Positions 37,131-48,369 of a DNA stretch of 64,000 bases are shown here, piece after piece. The position numbers were made by a program, and so were the translations under genes. This stretch comes from Lepidodermella squamata. Taxonomy: Eukaryota > Animalia > Gastrotricha. The notes under the pieces were generated by a model. That model was not told the origin of the DNA, did not search any database, and saw only the letters and a program-made list of their open reading frames with translations. Each line of letters opens with the position of its first letter. Positions within the stretch are counted from its first letter, which is position 1. The DNA lies in assembly GCA_047495785.1 (NCBI GenBank), contig JBLDXI010000025.1, forward strand, positions 434,001 to 498,000. The letters are read 5' to 3'.

Positions 37131-39464
37131 TCAGCATAGCATTTTCAGGATACAAGCCAGTTGCGGCCTAAACACGATAGCTGTCGTGGATCCCGAGATC
37201 AGCAATTCAGCTGCTATGGCAACAGTCATCAATTGTGGCGAAGGGACGATAACCGATATCGCCGAGCCCGCGGCAAGTAAGAAAGTCGCATTGCCGGTTG
37301 CTAAAGCCGAAAGTCGAATCTCATTCCTCAACGATTTAAGTAGAAGATGTGATAGGAATTGTTTGCTCAATCTGCTGGTTTGATATAAGCTCAATGAGGC
37401 TAATGTGAAGACGAGTAGGTCAGTCAGAAAAACCACTTTGATCCAGTATTTTTCGGATCTAGCGCAGCAGAAACGTATCCATTCTCTGACGTAATAATCA
37501 TGGCCGTCACTATCGATTGATGGGGTCAAACGAAGCTCCTCCGAGGTTACAGCGTAAGGTTCAATTACGAACATGCAGGAAAGTAGGACCAAATGAAGTG
37601 ATACAAATATTGTTACCTTGCGATGCTCCTTTCGCTGATCGGTAATTTCTTCCTCGGTGATTCCAGGATATATTTTCGACGATTCACCATACAGACTCCG
37701 TTTCGCTGAGCTTTGCTTATTGATAATTCGCCTTGAAATATCATCAAAGTGCCAAGAATTTGAGAAAAAGGAACTACTTAGGAATGCGAGTCCTATGATG
37801 CAAAGGAAACGTTGCAGGTAGCAAACAATATCGGATAACAAATCTCCATCAAAACAGCAGAAAAACGCCGATAGATTGAGGCAAATGCACCCGAAAACAA
37901 TCGTTAGCTTGCTTCCGTTTCTTTTCAGATGCAACCTATGCTTGTCAATGTTTTGCATCCGGAGGAAACCTATAACGAAAAGACTAAGTTGAGAGCAGGA
38001 CAGCGCTGCTAGGACTACCGAAACAATCCAGCGAGTTGGCGTGGCAAAGGACGAAATTTCCTCCTCAGTAACTGGAAAATCGATCGGCTGCTTTTTACTC
38101 TTAGTCATCCACCTGATAGGCATCAGAATCGAGGCGCTGTGACTTGAAATATTGAAAAGATCCCCCGAGCCGTTGTACCAGATTTTACCGACAAATGAGT
38201 ATGGCGCATCAGGTCCATTGTATTGCAAGATCCACTGAGGCTCTAGGTCGAGTTCCAGCCTCTTTGAGTACCGCATAGGGCCTATTCTGAGGCCATTGTA
38301 GCTGATATTTGCCGCGACTGCTTTGGTCATTTTCGAAATTTCGTTTGGTTGTGTTTTGAAGTCGAGAAGAGTTAGATTCATCTCATTCAGCCGCTGTTCA
38401 CTCTCGTGCAGAGTTAAAAATGTCTGAAGGATTTGGTCGAAGTATCTGTGCCGATTCTCGTAATCTGGAAGTCGGGAATTGTTAGTTACTGAATCAATCA
38501 GCGTTTCGAATCGGGCTAGGTCCCAATCCAAAGCTGTAACTGCCCCGGTATTCATCACGGCGTCCGTCAAGTAACCAATCCAAAAAGATCTGTAGTATTG
38601 CTGGACTAAATCTTCAGTTGAACAGCCCGCAGGAAGTTGAGCTGGAATGATTGGCGCAATGGCCGAGGCGAGAAGGATAAATATGTACTTATCGCCTTTT
38701 ATTCCGAACTGAAACGATGTACACAGGAAATTTTGTACGCCCATGGGTCCTCCTGAGCCGATGACTATAATCCTTGTGTCGCTTTTGATCAAGGATTCGG
38801 CCATGTTCTCGTCCATAATATCAGGACCAACGTCGAACCAATGGATGTTAACGCCATTTGCACCGGCTATTTTGTAAAAATCAAGCGAATTACTGTAGTC
38901 TGCTGTAGTAATTGTAGATCCGATGATCGCCACGTTGCTCCACGCAGCGATTTCCTTGATAAACTTGACCCTAGCAATAGAGGCCATATCAGTTGGACTC
39001 TGGATTCTGAAAATATTCGGAAACCTGCGTCGATTTGCTGTTATTGCAGGGTCATTGCAAGAGTGGGGGATGTGGATCATGTTTTGTTGGGCAATAATTG
39101 GCGACAATCTAGTGCAAGCCCCTCCGAAGAATGGCCCAGCCATAACTGGGGCTAAATTTTCTCCCGATCTTTCATACTTTCGCGGTGAGGAAATGAACTG
39201 TGACGGGCCGTTAACGCCATTAGCCCCCTCGTTACCGTAGTCGAGCTCAATTTGATAGTTGGGCAGGTATTTCGGATTGTTATTGAACGCGTCGACGACC
39301 AACTGCATGACAGGCTTGCAAAAACGGCCTCGGCGCGGGGAACTATCGTCGAAAGGGTGAATTACAAGCACAGTCAAGCGCTGAGTTTTCACAATGTTGC
39401 CGAAGCTTGAAGACACGCCCCAGATAAATAAGAGAATTTGCAAATCTATCTGCGAGACAATCAT
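37131..39464 (-). CDS. Intronless class C GPCR, GABA-B-receptor-like (Venus flytrap + 7TM)
   Basis: 777-aa ORF: YLPNYQIEL and RFPNIFRI flytrap motifs, no Cys-rich domain, seven hydrophobic segments ending IVFRPQL, C-tail under 10 aa. Confidence 0.85.
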   Translation of the reverse strand: MIVSQIDLQILLFIWGVSSSFGNIVKTQRLTVLVIHPFDDSSPRRGRFCKPVMQLVVDAFNNNPKYLPNYQIELDYGNEGANGVNGPSQFISSPRKYERSGENLAPVMAGPFFGGACTRLSPIIAQQNMIHIPHSCNDPAITANRRRFPNIFRIQSPTDMASIARVKFIKEIAAWSNVAIIGSTITTADYSNSLDFYKIAGANGVNIHWFDVGPDIMDENMAESLIKSDTRIIVIGSGGPMGVQNFLCTSFQFGIKGDKYIFILLASAIAPIIPAQLPAGCSTEDLVQQYYRSFWIGYLTDAVMNTGAVTALDWDLARFETLIDSVTNNSRLPDYENRHRYFDQILQTFLTLHESEQRLNEMNLTLLDFKTQPNEISKMTKAVAANISYNGLRIGPMRYSKRLELDLEPQWILQYNGPDAPYSFVGKIWYNGSGDLFNISSHSASILMPIRWMTKSKKQPIDFPVTEEEISSFATPTRWIVSVVLAALSCSQLSLFVIGFLRMQNIDKHRLHLKRNGSKLTIVFGCICLNLSAFFCCFDGDLLSDIVCYLQRFLCIIGLAFLSSSFFSNSWHFDDISRRIINKQSSAKRSLYGESSKIYPGITEEEITDQRKEHRKVTIFVSLHLVLLSCMFVIEPYAVTSEELRLTPSIDSDGHDYYVREWIRFCCARSEKYWIKVVFLTDLLVFTLASLSLYQTSRLSKQFLSHLLLKSLRNEIRLSALATGNATFLLAAGSAISVIVPSPQLMTVAIAAELLISGSTTAIVFRPQLACILKMLC

Positions 39465-40054
39465 TGTTTAATGTTTTAGGAGTCACGGCGTTGCATGCTG
39501 CCTCTGAATTGTCCGTTTTAGTCATGGACCTTCCGCTTAGATAGTGCATCAATACAGGATAGGAGGCGGACAATATCTTCCGACTTTTCATTTCTGATGG
39601 AATTCCGAGGGCATCACGTAATCACGTAGTGCGTGGCTGAAAGCATACTTACGAACGGGGAATTTCAAGGCAGGTAACTATTTTCTCTGTGCATCACCCC
39701 TAGTTTATCAGAAGCAAATTTGCAATTGATTTTAACAACTCTTAACATCTAGCGTAGCAGACAGTTTTTAGCCTTGCATTTCGAACTGAGCTATCGATTA
39801 GATGATTGATGAATGATGACAGGATGCTTGAAAATAGTCCTTGAAAATACTACGCTAAGTTCGCCCGGAATTCAATATGGATTACACTGAAAAGACGATG
39901 CATTTGCAGTACGAAAGCTGCATGGTTTGAGCAGCTTAAACGAAATCATCCGTGTCCTTTGTTGCTAAAAGGCGACGCTTGTTATTCGTGATAAAACTCT
40001 GAACCGATTGCGAATTATAATCTTCAATGGAATGCTGCCTCCAGTAGGAACGGA

Positions 40055-41522
40055 ATGACAACTCTCTGCAAGGTGAGCTTCTTTTCACTTTTACGGCCCT
40101 AAAACTGATAGATAAACATGGCGAATTTAACAAATAATACGTCAATATGATTATGGATGATTACCACTTCAAATTTTTTCCTACAAATGATCGAAGCTGA
40201 AACCATCTTTCATTCCACAGGTTTGCTGCGTTGTCGTACCTCGGCGGAAAACCTACCAGCCGAAGACTTGTGAAGCCTGCCAGGTAACAGATAAATTCAC
40301 ACTTGAGCATAATTTCTCAGTTCAGTAGTGTAGAAATTCTTTCGACGTTACCGCTACGATGAAAAGAGTTTGTTGTGCAGTTCGGGCGACAACTCGTGCC
40401 AAGTCAACTTCACCACGCGGCGGCAATGTTTCAAATGCCGACTAGAAAAGTGTTTCGCTACTCAAGATAGGCTGAGAAGTGATTAAATTTATGCACAAGA
40501 CATTCATACAAAGTCAACAATGTCTTTCAAGGGACTAAATTTCTCGAATATCCGAGTCCAATTCAAGATCCAGCGCTTTATCATGGCGAGGTGGTGGAGG
40601 ATTGTCTCAAGATATCCGCGGAGCTGTTTACATTTCTCCACCCGCTAAGCTCTGTGAGAGTCCTCCCAATATAATCCAATAAAATCCATATTGTGCCTTC
40701 TCAGGTCCCTGGCAAGGAAGTTGCGATGGTAATCGACGATTGGGACGAGCTGCTCGGCATAATCCTTGCTTACCTCAAGAGCATTCTATCGTGCGGCCTT
40801 CGTTTCTTCGAGGAACTCGCGAACCGTTTACCTTTCGAGAAGAGCCTGGGCTATGTTTCCAACTTCATAAGCACTATGGCTCTGTTTTTCTTTGCACTAC
40901 CTAGCTACAACAATCAGGGCCAGCCGACTGTTGTTGGTGTTCACCACTTGCTGTTCCAATCGCTGATCAATCGAATGCCAGAGGCGAAATACTTGGCTGA
41001 AGTGAATTCTCACGTTCAGCAAATGCTAACCGATGCGAATCCAAGTTTCATTGAAGCAGCTATTTTATGCATGCTGCTATTTTTTAATAGTAAGTTAATC
41101 ATGATCTCGGGATGTTATTTTCCGAAATTTTATTATTATACTTCCAAAAACTGAAAATCACTTAATAAGGTTTTTCTCGTGACCCTAACAACACTGCTTT
41201 GTATTTTTCAGCCCAATCTCTTCAGTTCCCGAAAGCAGCAAGAATTCGACAGCAACTGCGCCTAGCTCTGCAGCTCACAGTCTCGCAGCAGTGCGGAGGC
41301 AATGCACGCGCTGCACGAAAGCGCCTTCACACCCTGGACATGATCACTTTTGCTGCGTCAAGTGTGTTCGCTGATAGCATTACACAGGTGATTAAACGAA
41401 TGTCACGCATGGACGAACGCGCCGCTGCTTTCGCTGCAAGTTTGACTCCGCAGGGATTAGCGAAAGCGCTGCAACATCCGCCCCCTGATCTCCACGGACA
41501 TTCCTCATCTTATCGATGCTAG
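40055..41522 (+). CDS. Divergent nuclear receptor (C4 zinc-finger DBD plus divergent LBD), about 6 exons
   Basis: Spliced MTTLCK|VCCVVVPRRKTYQPKTCEACQ|KFFRRYRY...LCSSGDNSCQVNFTTRRQCFKCRLEKCF. Downstream exons (40693 and 41199 ORFs) give a helical LBD-like region (FFEEL...IEAAILCMLLFFN...IRQQLRLAL). Confidence 0.8.
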
Positions 41523-41996
41523 CAACATATTATACATGGAACTCGCCAGAAAGGGACTGCTGAAAATTCAATACATTGAAATAATTAGAAGAAAACTCGT
41601 GAAAGTTGTATGATACAATTGTAAACAGCTTTTTGTCAATAATTGAGAAAGACTTTCAGGGGCTTATAGATAAAGCAGAGATGATAAAGCGAAAAATTCT
41701 GCAAATGCCAGCCTAAACCCTAATCTAGCCTGAGAACTTCCCCGAAGTTCGACTACAGAAAATTTTGATTTTTGTTATTAATCCTCGAAGGAAGAAAGAA
41801 GGAAATGCGGCAATAGTCAATTTGTTTGGAAAATACCCGCTCAAGCGTGGGATGTAATGTCTGATAATCAATGATTATTGGTAGCTCCAGCTGATGAGTT
41901 AAAAACCTGGTCAAACAATCCGCTGCGATATGCGCCATCCGGTTCGTTGCGATCAGACTGATTATGCATGCATCTCAAACATATATTTATGACCTA

Positions 41997-42973
41997 ATGA
42001 ATTTGGGATTTTGGCCATTTTTTGCCATACTCCTCAACTGTTACCTTATTTTTCCTCGGGCTGCAGCCGACGAAGAAAGGAATGACGTGATTTATTCAGG
42101 TTCTATTTCTTTTTCTTTCCCGATCAGTTATATCAAAGGAACATTTTTGAGTAGCTAAAGTCCTGGCTGTTCTCGAGTCCGAGTTCTTGATCGTAAACGG
42201 ATCCGAAATTCCATCCAAGCTCATCGATCCGTCTAAGGAGTCAGAAATACTCAGCTCAGTGGACGAGAAGCTTTCAGTTGTCTACCCTGAAATCTTCAAC
42301 TCATCTAATCAGGATAGCTTCGCCTCTACCGAAATAGAAAACTCCACCCTCAAGTAATTTTATACATTTCTCTTCATTTGTATTTTTGTCATTCCAACAG
42401 TTCAACTACTGGCGAGCTTCAAGTCGCAGCTGTAAGCTTGCTAACCTCAGAAAGCGAGCCCGAGTTGGAAAATATCGAAAAATCCCTGCAAAATGCTAGC
42501 GACCAGCTGTGGTCTCGTGGTTGGTACAGAGACCTCTTTGGCTCTGGTGATGCTGAGAACAAACCTGTCATCAAAATTGTCCATATCGAGCCTCAAAAGG
42601 TGTTCCATGACCCAAAAGAGATTGGTAAGTAGCGTCATCAGAATTAAAATTGAAACGTAATCACTGTGATCATTTTGCTTAGAATTAAGAGCCAACGTCG
42701 CCAGCCTTGTGATTCCTCTAGTTGCATTTACGCTGATTTGTGGAATGTGCGTCTACTACTTTTCGAATCGAAACAAGAGCTATTCAGGCAGCTCGTCGCT
42801 CGGTCAAGCGTGCCCAGCCTACATTTTCGGTTTCCTTTTCATTTTATTCCTAGTTCTTAAGTAAGTTATTGAGTCTTGATATTCAACGCATAAAACGAGT
42901 TGCTTTCAGATCACCGTGGTACAGCAGGGATAGCGCTATCTATGAAACTGGATTATTCGGCGGCACAAAATGA
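41997..42973 (+). CDS. Uncharacterised membrane protein, probable paralog of 32132-33054; about 5 exons
   Basis: Signal peptide MNLGFWPFFAILLNCYLIFPRAAA; ectodomain segment alignable by eye to the 32.6 kb ORF; two C-terminal hydrophobic segments. Confidence 0.6.
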
Positions 42974-43300
42974 CTAAAAATTGTGAATATGAAATATGAA
43001 TGAATCCAAATAAAAGCAGTAAGAATTAGGTAGTAAATTTAACGCTTTTCGATATTCTAGTTAACGGGCGCATAACTGATTATCTCAGAGAGCGAAGTAG
43101 AGGGAAAGCAGAGCCGGTTAGGATAAGGAACATCGGCGTAAGGTCCCCTTATATCTCTATTTCTCTATGTGTTCGACTTTGACTGCTGAGTTCACCTTGC
43201 ATCAAGATTCAACTGATTGGAATCATCCCTACCATCCCTAGGGGTACTTGGCTCTCTGAGAGCTATTTCTAGATGATAGGTAGATAGCATTCAGTTATTA

Positions 43301-43416
43301 ACAGCATTTCGTCGCGTTGCGTTTGAAAGCAGCCACTCAATCGTTATTATTCGTAAGAAATCCATCATTAACATTCAAATAGGGGCTCTTTTTAAACGCA
43401 ATGCGACGATTTTGCT
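43301..43416. repeat. Short inverted-repeat element
   Basis: TCGTCGCGTTGCGTTTGAAA is imperfectly mirrored by TTTAAACGCAATGCGACGA. Confidence 0.5.
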
Positions 43417-43514
43417 ATTTTATTATATCACATATTTTAATCAGCAATTGTTCCAATTCATGAAGGTTTTACTTTAAGCTATCATTCGAAAACTTTCCCC
43501 GCTTTACAAAAAAC

Positions 43515-44648
43515 TTAGGACGTTACTGCTACATAAACAGCGTAAAAATTGAGTGAAAAGTAGACAAAGCACGTAGGCAATGCAAGCATTAGATCGAGAA
43601 ATCTAATATTCACCATCCGGCTTGATATCGTCTTCTTTTTCGACCAATTCGGATGGGCATCCGTCAAATAGCATGCAACCAGATGGTACGCAGCGCAAAT
43701 CCAGGAATTCAAACCAAGAAAATCGATGAAATTGGATAGAAAAATGCGCCTTGGTATCGATGGAATCTCAGCCAATGCCTGATTCTCTAAAACTGCCTGA
43801 GTGAGCAAAACAGTAAGGCTGTAAATTGCTCGATCAGAATGATGCGGTGGCATCAGGTAGGCGAAAAGTTGAAGACCGGTCAACAGCGAATAAGGCAACA
43901 TCATTTCATAAATGTAGAAGTCAGGTTTCCGCTTGAAAACAAAGGCAAATGTCACGCTTGACCGGCTCAAGTTAGTTTCGGATGGCAAACTGCCAGGCCA
44001 GGGTATACGGATCAAATTCCACTCGCTGTTAAGGACGGGCAATCGAAATTTCGGTGTCACTTCAAACTTCAACGGGTCACTGAATGCGACAATGACATCG
44101 GGGTCATCGATCACGAAATCCAACCTGCAAATCTGTGTGTCGAATGGGAATTTGAAGATGTCCATTTTGCATATGGCGCTGAAAACGCCTCGTCTACGCC
44201 ATTCGATTACCGTAACATCAGGCCGTGATTTAACGGTTAATTTCGACGAGAAATCTGCAAGAGCTGGGTCTGAATAGGCATTAGCGAAGTAGATCTGAGG
44301 TTGCCAGAAGGCCGCTTGTTCTGCGATGAAAGCTGAAACCTGAGAAGTTGAATTTGCCGTGCATCCTAGTTGCCAAGCAAAAGTCAACGCTCCGCATGCC
44401 TGGAACTGTTCTTCTCTGGTTTTGATTTCATGGAAGGCGTCAAGGTCCAGTAATGCTGATATCAGCGTCACTTGACACGGCTCGCTTCCCGGACCGTTAA
44501 CGCAATTCGGAGCGTAGGACTCTCGGGAAAATATCGGGCACTGAGATAGCAAATTTTGCGATTTAGACGCTAAAGTTCGGTCTTCAGACAGCGCAACTAT
44601 CGGAACGATACTGAAAACGACTGTAAAAATCGGTAGACTCAAAACCAT
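43515..44648 (-). CDS. Intronless Cys-loop channel subunit, divergent type C
   Basis: First ATG at 44648 (MVLSLPIF); FWQPQIYFAN, CKMDIFKFPFDTQIC, M2 SDRAIYSLTVLLTQ; same N-terminal extra Cys as the other copies. Confidence 0.9.
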   Translation of the reverse strand: MVLSLPIFTVVFSIVPIVALSEDRTLASKSQNLLSQCPIFSRESYAPNCVNGPGSEPCQVTLISALLDLDAFHEIKTREEQFQACGALTFAWQLGCTANSTSQVSAFIAEQAAFWQPQIYFANAYSDPALADFSSKLTVKSRPDVTVIEWRRRGVFSAICKMDIFKFPFDTQICRLDFVIDDPDVIVAFSDPLKFEVTPKFRLPVLNSEWNLIRIPWPGSLPSETNLSRSSVTFAFVFKRKPDFYIYEMMLPYSLLTGLQLFAYLMPPHHSDRAIYSLTVLLTQAVLENQALAEIPSIPRRIFLSNFIDFLGLNSWICAAYHLVACYLTDAHPNWSKKKTISSRMVNIRFLDLMLALPTCFVYFSLNFYAVYVAVTS

Positions 44649-45157
44649 TGCAAATTTTTCAATTAGGCGTATTCGTTGGAATCCAAACATCAAAAAATGT
44701 TAAGCTAGATTTTTTATGAAATAATGATTATTACTAATTTTGAGCAACATGAAAGGATCGAGGAAATTTTCCCAAGTAGGTAGCCAGCAATATATTTCGA
44801 TTTAAATTTTTCAAGCGGGAACCCCATATACAATCCATTCCAAATTCAACCAATTTCATTTTTATATCAAAACTCGCTGTAATTTCGAAAGTTAGCCGCT
44901 ATAGTTCATTGAGCGCCAATAAAATTGCACGGAAACCTAGGCGGGCCTGGAAATGTGCGTGCTTTGTTGAAGAAGACTTCTATTTGCAACTAATTAAAAT
45001 TACAATCATCAACTGAATCGTCATTTCAAACCTCAAGTTTGCTCAGTATTTTCTGTTTGTCTGCCTGTCCGAGTTGATTGGCGAAGATAGAAAGAGGCGT
45101 TTCGCGGGGACAGATTTCAGACGATTTCAAAAGCAACGATTTCCTTCACTAACAATC

Positions 45158-46282
45158 ATGCTGCTGGCGTTGATCGTTCTCTCGTTCAGTCTACCGAGCG
45201 GCGTGGAAAGTATTGCGAAGCTTCTGGAGCCTCGAACTGTCGAAATGATAGGGATATGTCCTGAATTGCTATCTCAGCGCTATTCACCGAATTGCGAGGC
45301 CTACAACCAGCCCCGTTGCCGCCCAGTTAGTCCTGCATTACAACTAATCGTGCAAAACCTGCATGGCGTCGATGACGTTTCTGAAAGCTTCGAAATAGCT
45401 GCACGTCTCTCCATTAATTGGTTTGTTTCATGCAAAGCTCGCCGATTTGGAAACGCAACTTTCTTTTCTAACCTCGACCTATTCTGGCGACCGCTTCTTG
45501 AGCATTCAAACTCGTTGGACAACGCCGCGCTGAATGGGCTCGCTAGTTATTTGCGAGTTCAAACCGACGCGAATCGTACAGCAGTCATTTTCGATTATTC
45601 GTTCACTGGCGTGTTCAAATCTGTTTGTGATTTGAAGCTCGAAGCTTTCCCGTTCGACAAGCAGGAGTGCAAAGTTGAAATCCTATTCCTGCACCTAGGA
45701 TACGGCGTTCAAATCGATGACGTGGTTGTTGTCATGTCAAAGTATGAAGCAGACAACCAAGGCGAATGGCTCCTTCACGGCATAACATCATCAAAGGAAA
45801 CATACGATGGCAACCCTTTGAAGAATAACATTGCAACGTGGCATTTTTCATTGAAGAGAAACCCGAATTTCTACATCAACACTTTGATGGTTCCTTGTGC
45901 TTTGCTGACGCTCTCTGTAATTGCGGCTTTCATATTAGATCCAGCAATGCCAGACCGTTCCATCTTTGCTGTTACAGTGCTATTGGCCCTGCTGTTTCTC
46001 GAGGGCCAAGTGCTGACCCACGTCCCCGTCAAACCGGTTCGTATCTTCTTGCTGAATTTCGCTGATCTCATGACTGGCTTATCCTACCTGTGCACTCTCT
46101 ATGACATGGTTATTTGCTGCCTTGCGCGTTCTTATCATGAATGGTTCGTGCATAGAAAGAAAATCTGTTTTATCCTAGTTAGCAATGGCCGTATTATTGA
46201 CATTTTCTTGGCTCTTCTGTCGCTGGCTGTCTACTTGGCTATCATTATCTATGCTGTTACATTTGCTAACCATGCAAACTAG
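45158..46282 (+). CDS. Intronless Cys-loop channel subunit, type B
   Basis: ATG at 45158 (MLLALIVLS); LHGVDD, CDLKLEAFPFDKQEC, FILDPAMPDRS. Confidence 0.93.
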   Translation: MLLALIVLSFSLPSGVESIAKLLEPRTVEMIGICPELLSQRYSPNCEAYNQPRCRPVSPALQLIVQNLHGVDDVSESFEIAARLSINWFVSCKARRFGNATFFSNLDLFWRPLLEHSNSLDNAALNGLASYLRVQTDANRTAVIFDYSFTGVFKSVCDLKLEAFPFDKQECKVEILFLHLGYGVQIDDVVVVMSKYEADNQGEWLLHGITSSKETYDGNPLKNNIATWHFSLKRNPNFYINTLMVPCALLTLSVIAAFILDPAMPDRSIFAVTVLLALLFLEGQVLTHVPVKPVRIFLLNFADLMTGLSYLCTLYDMVICCLARSYHEWFVHRKKICFILVSNGRIIDIFLALLSLAVYLAIIIYAVTFANHAN

Positions 46283-47178
46283 CGAACACAATTTTAGGCG
46301 CCTGCGTTCCATCTTCTTTTCAGCTGATTTCAATAAAATATGACATGAATCTTAAATTTGAAATGTTTCGAAAAAACAGTTCTTGAACAGTGACTTTTGT
46401 TGGCAGCCGAACTTGTTACGAGATGGATGACAATACAACTGAGCCGTTTTATGACTTCAGGAAATGGGGCATTTGAAATTGTGAAGCTAGTACATACATA
46501 GAACAAAAGAGCTATCGCCCATGGGCTTGGATTTTAAGATTCCTCAACACACTTCATAAAAAAATACCTTTTCTGGGTGCAATGTTGGATCCCGGATCCC
46601 GGAATTGCCAGAAAAGGAAAACAAATTTTTTGCTGGATAGTCGATCAATTCATCAGTGGAAAAACGCATTAAATAGTATGACACATCGCCATTTTGCATT
46701 GAATAAAAAAACGCAAGGGTAGAAAACAAGTAAAAAATCTATGTATAAAAAAATTCGTCTTGAGTTGAGGAATCCTAGAATTCAAGTCCCGCAGTCATAG
46801 CACTCACACCTGAGAAGCATCTGATTCGCTAATGGTCGGGTTCTTCTCAAGAAATGAATCATGTAATTGGAGGATGCAACCGAGCCCCTGCTATTACTTA
46901 TGCCAAAACCCATTTTTGCCTCAGTTACAAAAATCCTATTTGTCGCCTCGATCAGATGCATTTTCCGCTATATAGTTTCGAGCCCATACAGCTGCTAATA
47001 ATTCGAAGGAAATGAAGCTTTATTTATATTCCATCCTATTATTTCATTTGGTTTTACTTTCGATTGCTATTGATATTTTGGTTCAGAAGTATAGAAAGTG
47101 TGACAAGCTGACAACTATTGCTCATAGTATAAAAAGGATGAATAACGTTGATCAAATCCATTACAAATCAGGATGAAA

Positions 47179-48369
47179 TCAGTCCTCGGAGCGATCAATC
47201 ACGTTGAAGGTTTGAGGATTCACAGATTTCGCCGACTGGCGTGCAAAGCCTACGGCATAGATAATAATTCCAATATAAAAAGCGAGGGAGATCAGACCCA
47301 CGATCACGTCGATTATTCGCCCATTGCAGATACGAATGCAACCGATATATCTCTTGTGAGAAAACCACTCATCGTACGACCGAGAAACGCAGCATATAGC
47401 CATATCATACAGCGTACAAAGGTAAGCTAACAAGGTCATGAGATCGGTGAAGTTCAAGAGGAAAATACGAATAGGTTTGACAGGGACGTGGGTCAAGACT
47501 TGGCCCTCGAGAAAAATCAGAGCTAGCAGCACTGTTACAGCAAAAATCGACCGATCAGCCTCGTTGGGATCTAAGAAGAACGCTGCGATTACGGAGAATG
47601 CAAGCAAAGCGCAAGGGATCATCAGGGTATTGATGTAGTAATCCGGGTTCCTTGCTAAATTGAAGTAGAATGTGGCGATGCTGTTGGTTCCGAACTCAGT
47701 GGTGTTATAGTGATTTTCCACGGAAGCGTTATTGCTTATCAAGGACCATTCGCCGTCCATCTCTGCATCCAATTTTAAGATCAACAAAGTGGCACTTTTT
47801 ATCTGAACCCCAGTTTCATATTGCAAGATGACAAATTTCATTTTGCATTCCTGCGTGTCAAACGGAAATGCCTCAAGTTCCAAGTCGCAAATCGACTTGA
47901 AAACGCCCGTGAACATGTAATCGAATTGCACTACCGACGAATTTTCATAGGTCATCACAAACAGTTGAACTCCGAAATCAGTCATAGCAGCATTTTCGAA
48001 GGAGTTTGAGTGTTCAACTAGTGGGCGCCAGAACATGCCGAGGTTCGAGAAGAATGTTGCTCCTCTATCTTTGAAGGCTTCACATGGGGCCGTCCAAGAT
48101 ACTTTCAGCTGGCCGGCGACTTCGAAACTTTCCGAGACGTCATCGACGTCATGAAACGCCTGCAGGTCCATTCTCATTTCAACGTTAGTGACTTTACAAT
48201 TAAGCCCGTTAGAAGCCTCGCAATCTGGCGAGAGGCGCTGCGCTTGGAGTTTCGGGCACTTTGATACCATCTCGACCGCAAGCGGTTCTTGAAGTTCGGC
48301 ACCATCAATTGGCACCATCAATGCAGCACACGATTGGCTGAGTGTTAGAAGTAGGAAAATTTTAAGCAT
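47179..48369 (-). CDS. Intronless Cys-loop channel subunit, type A
   Basis: FHDVDD, CDLELEAFPFDTQEC, FFLDPNEADRS. Confidence 0.93.
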   Translation of the reverse strand: MLKIFLLLTLSQSCAALMVPIDGAELQEPLAVEMVSKCPKLQAQRLSPDCEASNGLNCKVTNVEMRMDLQAFHDVDDVSESFEVAGQLKVSWTAPCEAFKDRGATFFSNLGMFWRPLVEHSNSFENAAMTDFGVQLFVMTYENSSVVQFDYMFTGVFKSICDLELEAFPFDTQECKMKFVILQYETGVQIKSATLLILKLDAEMDGEWSLISNNASVENHYNTTEFGTNSIATFYFNLARNPDYYINTLMIPCALLAFSVIAAFFLDPNEADRSIFAVTVLLALIFLEGQVLTHVPVKPIRIFLLNFTDLMTLLAYLCTLYDMAICCVSRSYDEWFSHKRYIGCIRICNGRIIDVIVGLISLAFYIGIIIYAVGFARQSAKSVNPQTFNVIDRSED

